Source: an uncultured Parachlamydiaceae bacterium (lineage in GTDB: Bacteria > Chlamydiota > Chlamydiia > Chlamydiales > Parachlamydiaceae). From it: a stretch of 64,000 nucleotides of DNA. A program made the position numbers and the translations under genes. Below, piece by piece: positions 56,222 through 64,000 of the stretch (position 1 is its first letter; each line of letters opens with the position of its first letter). Location: NCBI GenBank assembly GCA_963742415.1, contig CAVULX010000004.1:1-64000 (forward strand). Reading direction: 5' to 3'. Below the pieces are notes generated by a model. It did no database searches. It saw only the letters and a program-made list of their open reading frames with translations, and was not told where the DNA came from.

Positions 56222-58978
56222 ATGCGCTATATTATAGGCATTGATTTAGGAACGACAAATTGTTGCGTGGCTTATGTCGATATTCAATCGGCTAGGCCTT
56301 TAATCCAGCAGTTTTACATTCCGCAACTGAAAGAGGCGGGTCGTGTCGAGTCTCTTGCGACTCTTCCCTCCTTTTGCTATTTGGTGTCGTCTGCGCAGGA
56401 AGAATGGCCTTTGGGAATGCTTGATTTACCATGGAAGAAGCAACCCTCCCATTTTGTTGGAGCCTTTGCTTTATCCCATGGCGCTAAGGTGCCGACCCGC
56501 CTTGTTCATTCTGCCAAGAGCTGGCTATGCCATTCTACAGCTTTACGGACCGGAAAAGTCCTCCCTGTTGAAGCTGCTGAACCCCATGAAAGGATTAGTC
56601 CCGTTGAAGCGACCGCCCGCTACTTAGACCATCTGCGGGAGGCATGGAACAGAACAATGGCAGGAGATAATCCCGAGGCTGAGTTGCAACAGCAACAGAT
56701 CGTCTTAACCGTGCCAGCCTCTTTTGATGAGGTTGCACGGACATTAACTGTAGAAGCTGCAAAAAAAGCCGGTTTTGCCCATTTGATACTGCTTGAAGAG
56801 CCCCAGGCAGCATTTTATGCTTGGATTTCCCGCCATGAAAAAGAATGGAAGAAACATCTTTTTATAGGTGCTGCCATCCTTGTTTGCGATGTCGGGGGAG
56901 GAACGACAGATTTCAGCTTAATTGAAGTTCAAGAAAAGGGGGAGGAAGCTTCCTTTCAAAGAATGGCCGTAGGGGATCACCTGCTCCTTGGGGGAGACAA
57001 TATCGATGAGGCTATTGTGCATTATCTGGAGTCCCAACTCTCACCCGACGGTGATATCGAGTATTCGATGAGCCAAAGAGCTCAACTCAGGTATCAAGCT
57101 CGTCGAATTAAAGAACAGTTGCTTGGTGATGGGGAGAGGAAAAGTGGTCATGTACAGCTGCTAGGAACAGGATCAAGTGTTGTACAAGGCAGTCTAAGCA
57201 TAGAAATTACAAAGGAAGAGCTCCAGAACTATCTTGAATCGGGATTTTTTCACACTTGCTGCTGGGACGAAGTTTCTCAAGGGAGAAAAGGCGCTTTACG
57301 GACGATGGGGTTAGCTTATGAAGAGGAGCCTTCTGTTGTAAAACACATGGGGGCCTTTATCAAACGGACCGGAAAATCACCCGATTTTGTTTTATTTAAT
57401 GGGGGGACCATGAAACCTCCTCTCTTTCAAGAAGCGGTTTTGAGGGCCCTGCGCACCTGGTTTCCAGAAAAGTCGATCAAGCCGTTGAATTCAGACAACC
57501 TCGATTTGGCCGTTTCACGCGGAGCAGCCTATTTTGGGAAAGCGTGCCGTGGGGATGGAATTAAAATCAGCGGCGGGATTGCTCGGAGTTATTATTTAGG
57601 GATTGAAGCTCAAGGAGAGGAAAAAGCTCTGACTTTACTCAAACGTGGTGCAGAAGAAGGTGAAACGTTTGAATCGGACCAAACCTTTTTAGTGCAGCCC
57701 AATAGTCCGGTATCTTTTAAGCTTTATAGTTCCCATGTTCGTTTAGAGGACAATAGGGGGGAAATCATCCCCATTGATCCCTTAGAGATGCAGCTTCTCC
57801 CTCCGATCCAGACTGTGCTCCGCCTCGGGAAAGGAACCTCTTCACAAGGGGTGAAAGATAAAATCCCTGTCCATTTAGAAGTATCTCTCACTTCTATCGG
57901 GACCTTGGCATTACGGCTGAAATCGGGATCCAATTCACAAACGTGGGCCTTAGAATTTCAGTTGAAGTCGGCCGCCGGTCAAGAAAATAGTTTGGCTATT
58001 CTAGAGAAAAAGAGGGAGGACGAAACATATGATGCTTCTTTTTTTTCCGAAGCGTGTCAAGTGATTAGGAGGCTTTACAATGGGGAGAAGGGGATCAAGC
58101 CTAATAAAGTGATCGAATTGCTTGAAGAGCAAATTCAGCGGCCTAAGAGGGAGTGGCCCCTTAGTTTGCTGCGCCTTCTTTGGGATGAACTCAATCTCCA
58201 GTGTGCAAAAAGAAAAATTTTCATGGAGCATGAAGCGCGGTGGTGGAACTTAGCGGGATTTTTATTGCGACCCGGAAATGGGTATCCTTTGGATGACTTT
58301 CGACTCAAAGACTTGTGGAAAACGATCCTTGCAGATTTGCAGGGAGTGCAAAATAGCGAAACAAAAATCCAGCAGTGGATTTGTTATCGTAGGATTGCAG
58401 CGGGTTTAAATAAAGGGCAGCAAAGTCAATTAGCTCATGAATTGTGTAAAGAGATAATTCATCCAAAATCAGGAAGAATTGAAATAAAAAGCAAGGGGGA
58501 GCTTTACCCCTATCATGAAAGGATCAGGGCGTTGGCGGCTTTAGAGCTGGTGGATCAAAATATTAAAGTAAAAGTGGGAAATGCCTTGATTAAACGGTTC
58601 GAGGAGGGATTTAGTTCGTCGGCGGAATTGTGGGCATTAGGGAGGCTGGGAGCTCGCCATTTGGCGTATGGGACGGTCATTCATGTTCTTCCCAAGGAGA
58701 TTGTTGAAGAGTGGATTGAAGCCTTGATTGAACAAAAAGGGCTTGATAAAATGAAGCTTGCCTTTGTTTTTGGACAGCTCGCTCGTAAAACGGAATATCG
58801 AGAGCTAAACGTCTCATCTTCAATGACATATAAAATATTAAAACAGTATGAGGGGAATGGGGAGCATGAGCGGTTGAAGGCCCTCTTGACGGAATCGTCC
58901 CTTTTGTCTGAAAAAGAGCAAGAAGAGGTATTCGGTGAGTCCTTGCCACTGGGAATTTCTATTGAAAGAAATGCATAA
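56222..58978 (+). CDS. Hsp70-family protein with C-terminal extension (DUF3731-like)
   Basis: IGIDLGTTN, LTVPASFDE, LEEPQAA, DVGGGTTDFS, LLGGDNID; HEARWWNLAGFLLRPG. Confidence 0.9.
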   Translation: MRYIIGIDLGTTNCCVAYVDIQSARPLIQQFYIPQLKEAGRVESLATLPSFCYLVSSAQEEWPLGMLDLPWKKQPSHFVGAFALSHGAKVPTRLVHSAKSWLCHSTALRTGKVLPVEAAEPHERISPVEATARYLDHLREAWNRTMAGDNPEAELQQQQIVLTVPASFDEVARTLTVEAAKKAGFAHLILLEEPQAAFYAWISRHEKEWKKHLFIGAAILVCDVGGGTTDFSLIEVQEKGEEASFQRMAVGDHLLLGGDNIDEAIVHYLESQLSPDGDIEYSMSQRAQLRYQARRIKEQLLGDGERKSGHVQLLGTGSSVVQGSLSIEITKEELQNYLESGFFHTCCWDEVSQGRKGALRTMGLAYEEEPSVVKHMGAFIKRTGKSPDFVLFNGGTMKPPLFQEAVLRALRTWFPEKSIKPLNSDNLDLAVSRGAAYFGKACRGDGIKISGGIARSYYLGIEAQGEEKALTLLKRGAEEGETFESDQTFLVQPNSPVSFKLYSSHVRLEDNRGEIIPIDPLEMQLLPPIQTVLRLGKGTSSQGVKDKIPVHLEVSLTSIGTLALRLKSGSNSQTWALEFQLKSAAGQENSLAILEKKREDETYDASFFSEACQVIRRLYNGEKGIKPNKVIELLEEQIQRPKREWPLSLLRLLWDELNLQCAKRKIFMEHEARWWNLAGFLLRPGNGYPLDDFRLKDLWKTILADLQGVQNSETKIQQWICYRRIAAGLNKGQQSQLAHELCKEIIHPKSGRIEIKSKGELYPYHERIRALAALELVDQNIKVKVGNALIKRFEEGFSSSAELWALGRLGARHLAYGTVIHVLPKEIVEEWIEALIEQKGLDKMKLAFVFGQLARKTEYRELNVSSSMTYKILKQYEGNGEHERLKALLTESSLLSEKEQEEVFGESLPLGISIERNA

Positions 58979-59090
58979 AGTGTCCTGCCTATCCTGCCGC
59001 CGTAGGCGAACCTGGTCATCATGTTTTTTTCTTTTAGACGATCTTATCTATCTTGTATTATTAAGAAAGCAAGATAGGCTTTAATTATCC

Positions 59091-62000
59091 ATGCAACTTC
59101 CTGAATTTTTAAAAAAATATCATTCTTTAGCAGAAGATTATTTGGCTCATGGAAATGTCAAACATATCGAATTTTCCGGGAGCACTTATCAGGTTCAAAT
59201 GCGCGATCAAAAAAGCAAGGAAGATGTCTGGGCTTTTTTACAATTAGATCCTAAAGGTTCAATAAAAGATTGCTTTTGTTCTTGCGACGAATCGGAAGAT
59301 GGTTCCAACTGCGTTCACATTGCAGTTGGGTTTTTGAAAATCTATGATGGCCACTCTTTTCCCTTGCACCAAAGATTTGAGCGATCTTTGTGGAACAAGC
59401 TTTTTCGCCTTTATGCAGACCGGATGGGATATGACCTAAACATTTTAAAGTCGATCGGAAAGGGGCACCTTGTTTGCCAGTCTGTGGGGAGGAAAAATGT
59501 TTTTTTCATCAAGGGGATCACATCTCAGTCGATTTCTCACATCAAAGAATTGATCCAACACCGAAAGGTTGAAACGGAAGAAACATCCTTAAAATTTTCT
59601 AATCTTCCCCAAGAAGAAATCATTTTATGGCGCGAAGGACGGCCAAGTGCTGAGCTAAGCTACGAATTGTCATTTTGGAGCGATCTTGCAAAATGGGTAT
59701 TGCAAATTGAAGAAAGTGGATCCACCTACAAGATCAATTTTGAATATTCCCCAAACCATATTCCCAATTTTTTGCACGTTGCATTTAAGCAATTGGAATT
59801 GGGATTCTACCTCTCCGAAGCAAACCTCCCTTTGATTATTCCTGCACTAGCCAACGTCAAGTCACCTCTAGTGGTGCATAATGCTCCTAGCGATACAATT
59901 CAAAAGGTTGTTTACGACAAAAAAAAGAGTTGTTTACACATCGAACCCAAAGAAACGGCCCTGCCTGAGAAAGCGGCAGTCAAAAAAGGGATCGCACTCA
60001 ACGGGTGGCTCTATGTTCCTAAAGATGGTTTTTATGTCCTGGATCGCCACCGTTTGCTTTCCAAAACGACTCTCCATGGAAGAGAGATCAGTGAGGCCTT
60101 AAATGAACATTTTGGCGTGATTAAATCTTTTTTGGAAGGGGCGAAACTTCATCAAGATCCGATCGAAGTTTCCTATGCCATCGCCTTTGATCCGCAATGG
60201 AACTTGCATCTGGATGGCTACCTTTTTACACCGGGTGATTTAACTACTCCTTATTCTTGTTCATTCGGGGACTGGGTGTACTTGGACGATGATGGATTTT
60301 ACAAGTTGGAAGGTAAGCGGTTCGACAAGCTTGAGAACGTTATCCCCATGGAAGAGGTGCCCGAATTTATTCAAAGCCATCGAACTTGGTTGAATACGCA
60401 TGAAGGATTTCAAACTCATTTAGTCAGCGTAGAGTCGCAGATGACCTATCAGATTAATGAACAAGGGTATTTATCTTTTGGTCGGCAATTGGCAACTGGG
60501 GAGGGGGAAAAAACCAAAGAATTTGGTTCTTGGGTGTATGTTTCAGGGCAAGGTTTCTTTTCTAAAATAACAAGCCATTTCGGCTTGCCCTTCCGCACCG
60601 GAATGACTTTCAACTCCGAACAAATTCCTCTGTTTATCCGGATGAATCGGGAGGAGCTCAAGCTTGTTCCCGGTTTTTTCAGCGAAAAATGCCCTGTGGC
60701 TAATGCAGGATTGAATATTGAATTGGATCCAGATGAGTTTATTGTTGTTTCCCCTGTTTATGAGCTCCATCCAGATTATCGTGATAAGCCGATCCGCTTT
60801 TTCGACGATTTTGTTTATGTCAAAGGGGAAGGGATACATGAACTTCCTGCGGAGCATCGTCTTCCGGAGCGGTTTAGGCAGACCACGAGGATTGAAAAGG
60901 AAAATATCCCCTTATTTTTAACTTACGAATTGGTCACTCTGCGCCGCTATGCCGCTAAAATCGATCCCCGGCTGACAAAGCCGGAACAGATCCGGCTCAT
61001 GGCTTCCTCCATTAAAAAACATCCTCAAGAAGAGGGAACTTATCTCTTAAAATTAAAATATCAGACAGAGCGGGGAAGCATCCCTGTTACAACATTGTGG
61101 CAGGCGCTCAAAGAGAAAAAACGGTTCGTTTTTGATCTTGCAGGTCTCTTCGACTTAGAAGAAAAGAGATACAACTGGCTGAAGCTCCTGGCTAAAAAAC
61201 AGGTGAACCGGAAAAGTCATACCATCGAAATGAGCACTCTTGAACTCATGCGCCTCAACGCTTTTGAAGAAATTGCCCTTTCGAAAGAAAAAGGGGCCGA
61301 CTACACGGTGTCTAAAAGCTTATTGGAAGAGCTGACCCAATTTCGAATTCTAGAAGAGCCGGATTTGTCAGGTTTAACGAGCCATTTGCGCCCTTATCAA
61401 GTCCTCGGAGTTCGCTGGCTCTGGTTTTTACGCCAACACAATCTTTCAGGCCTTCTTTGTGATGACATGGGATTGGGAAAAACCCATCAAGCGATGGCTT
61501 TGATGGCTGCCATCCTTAACAACTACAAAAAAATGGGGGATCAATCTGCACGCCACTTCTTGGTGGTGTGTCCAACATCGGTCATCTACCACTGGCAGGA
61601 AAAGCTTCAAGCTTTCCTTCCCGGCGTCCGCGTATGTACATTCCATGGGAGCGAAAGAAGTTTAAAGGATTTTCATCAGCAATACGATGTGCTCCTGACT
61701 TCTTATGGGATCTGGCGGATTGAAAATGAGCTTTTAAGTCAGGTTAAATTTGAGCTGGCGATTTTTGATGAGATTCAGATCGCCAAAAATCATGCCAGCC
61801 GTGTCTATATGGCCTCACCAACACCGACGCCAAAATGCGGTTGGGCCTCACTGGAACTCCCATTGAGAATAGACTGCGGGAATTGAAAGCTCTATTTGAT
61901 ATTGTTCTTCCTACCTACATGCCTGCAGAAACCGATTATCGTGAGTTTTTTATCAAACCGATCGAAAAAGAGGGAAGCAGAGAGCGGCGTCACCTCTCAC

Positions 62001-62807
62001 GACTCATCCGTCCCTTTGTCATGCGTCGGAAAAAAGAAGATGTACTGCTGGATCTCCCCGAAAAAATCGAAGAGATTTCTCATTGCGAGCTCGTGGCGGA
62101 TCAAGAAAAACTCTATGTTGAAGTTTTGATGAGGTCGCGGGAGAAAACTGTCTAGAAGAACTAAGCGATCAGAAAAGACTATCCCCTTTCTACATATCTT
62201 TGCGCTCTTGTCTGCCTTAAAACAGATTTGCAATCACCCTGCAGTCTATCTAAAGCAGCCTGAAAAATATAAGGAATATCAGTCAGGCAAGTGGGAGCTC
62301 TTCCTGGAACTTTTAAGCGAGGCCAGGGAAAGCCAGCAAAAGGTGGTGGTGTTTTCCCAATACCTGAACATGCTGGATATCATTGAGGAGTATCTCCGAG
62401 AAACAGGGATCGGCTACGCAACGATCCGAGGGGCGACAAAAGATCGGGCTGAGCAAGTGCATCGGTTTAATCACGATCCCGATTGTGAAGTTTTTGTGGC
62501 CTCCCTCCAAGCGGCAGGTTTGGGTATCGACTTGACGGCCGGATCTGTCGTGATCCACTATGACCGATGGTGGAATGCGGCTCGTGAAAATCAGGCAACT
62601 GACCGGGTCCACAGGATTGGTCAAACGCGCGGAGTGCAGGTTTTTAAGCTGGTTACAAAGGACACATTCGAGGAAAAAATCGATGCCCTCATAGAAAAAA
62701 AAGGAAAGCTGATGGAAGAGGTCGTAGGGGTTGATGACCATGAAATTGTCAAGCAGTTTACCAGAGATGAAATTATTGAGTTGCTTCAGTATGTTCCTAA
62801 TGTGTGA
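59091..62807 (+). CDS. SWIM-domain SNF2-family helicase, split by frameshifts near 61815 and 62150-62175
   Basis: SWIM CSC...CVH; LRPYQ, DDMGLGKT, DEIQ, LTGTPIEN, VFSQY, WWNAARENQATDRVHRIGQ spread over three frames. Confidence 0.9.
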
Positions 62808-63633
62808 ATTGTCTGGCAACAATTTGGATGATTTTTTTGCTGATTACTTCGGCAATTGGATAAGTCAATTTAAAAGTAATAAAAGATCCAACTGCATTCG
62901 CAGAAACCCAACCTATATTCCAAAAAGTTTCATCAATATATATCTTGGTTCGAGAAGATAGGCTTAGCAACACACTGGTGGGAAAAGGATATCTTGCGAA
63001 AAACGAAGCCGCTCCTGAATACAGAATAGCTATTAACAGGGGTTTTGCGACCGCGTTTATATAGTGAGCTCTCCTAGCTTCTGGTTTCATACAGGCACGG
63101 ATTTCACCATCAGCGACAAGTTTTTCATCAAATGAAGTTTCAACCCACCATTCGAAGGGGCTATTATATGATAAATTTCTTGTTCTAAAACCGATTAGAG
63201 AACTACTAATACCAAGTCCTAGTCCTGCTGCTATTCCAATATAACCACCCACAAGTACAGACCACTTTAAATGGGTTCCCATTTTTGCAGCAGCTATAAT
63301 TGCAAACAGGTAGACCGATTGTTGAATCACATATAAAGCAATGTTTCCTGCAATGCAGCGCCACCTCTCCCAAGGTGAAATGAGTGTTTTCGCATCGTTT
63401 AATGCATAATGTATAAGAGGAGATCCCCAATTGGGAAGGCTTTTAAGATATTTAAAATGGGGGTTGTGGTCATTAGCGATATCGTTAACATCTAAATTAG
63501 CTTTAATCGGATTAGACGTGTTAGCTATCTTCAACTCTTGTTCTTGCAAATAAGAACTCTTTGGTATGCCTCTATAGTGTATGAAATTTTCGAATGAATG
63601 ATAAACAAATTGTCCATAATGTCCGAATATCAT
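62797..63633 (-). CDS. Hypothetical multi-TM membrane protein
   Basis: 278-aa ORF with several hydrophobic segments, convergent with the helicase. Confidence 0.7.
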   Translation of the reverse strand: MIFGHYGQFVYHSFENFIHYRGIPKSSYLQEQELKIANTSNPIKANLDVNDIANDHNPHFKYLKSLPNWGSPLIHYALNDAKTLISPWERWRCIAGNIALYVIQQSVYLFAIIAAAKMGTHLKWSVLVGGYIGIAAGLGLGISSSLIGFRTRNLSYNSPFEWWVETSFDEKLVADGEIRACMKPEARRAHYINAVAKPLLIAILYSGAASFFARYPFPTSVLLSLSSRTKIYIDETFWNIGWVSANAVGSFITFKLTYPIAEVISKKIIQIVARQFTH

Positions 63634-64000
63634 AAAACAAACCTATAATTAAATATAACGATCCCCAAAAATTTTCCAAAATAAACCACAAAATATTAGC
63701 AAATTTGCCGTGAAGGGGATGTCGCAAAAAACTTAGAACGACACTAGATGTTTATATTTTTTTATTAATAATACTTTAAACACATTAAAATTTCAATAAT
63801 ATTAATGGATTTGACAGAAGTTGATATGTAGAGAAACTATTATATCTCTAAAATTTGGACGTTTCTCAACTAACTTTTGCAATTTTTGTAAAACAATATC
63901 CGATGAAAATCTCGCGTTTTCCCCCTTCTCAGGCCGAAGGCTTGCTCGAGTTTGGGCATTTTTCTATAAAAAAATTCCCGAAGGGAATTTATGTTGATTG

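Noticed and set aside
61800..62210. Programmed frameshifting or true pseudogene in the SNF2 helicase
   Set aside because: Several clustered single-base losses with all motifs intact are more simply explained by sequencing error
1..64000. tRNA/rRNA genes
   Set aside because: No cloverleaf or rRNA-like sequence recognised by eye; a tRNAscan/Infernal run would be needed to exclude them

Overview
The window joins two unrelated sequences at about 13113/13114. (1) 1-13113 is very GC-rich, actinobacterial-type DNA. It carries two two-component systems (one intact, one frameshifted), a phospholipase D, an ECF sigma/YciI pair, a GntR(YtrA)-ABC locus with an internal deletion, many gene and Tn3 remnants, and an actinobacterial-type dif (XerC/XerD) site. 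It also has an intact, unexplained module: hypothetical gene + ~178-bp hairpin + catalytically degenerate tyrosine-recombinase-like gene. (2) 13114-64000 is AT-rich DNA of an environmental Chlamydiae (Parachlamydiaceae-like) genome. It shows the chlamydial mip-aspS-hisS...uhpC-dnaE order, pknD, a nonulosonic-acid synthesis cluster, ald, an Hsp70-family gene and a frameshifted SWIM/SNF2 helicase. Accessory genes include a Tgl-like transglutaminase, myo-inositol oxygenase, an ankyrin protein and a PEP-CTERM protein. There is also a tandem array of three ~1250-aa paralogs, each with two HEPN-like domains and an NLS-like basic patch, bordered by long palindromic repeats. Several families of intergenic palindromic/MITE-like repeats are present. 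No rRNA, tRNA or CRISPR array was recognised. All family calls come from motif recognition by eye, not from database searches.
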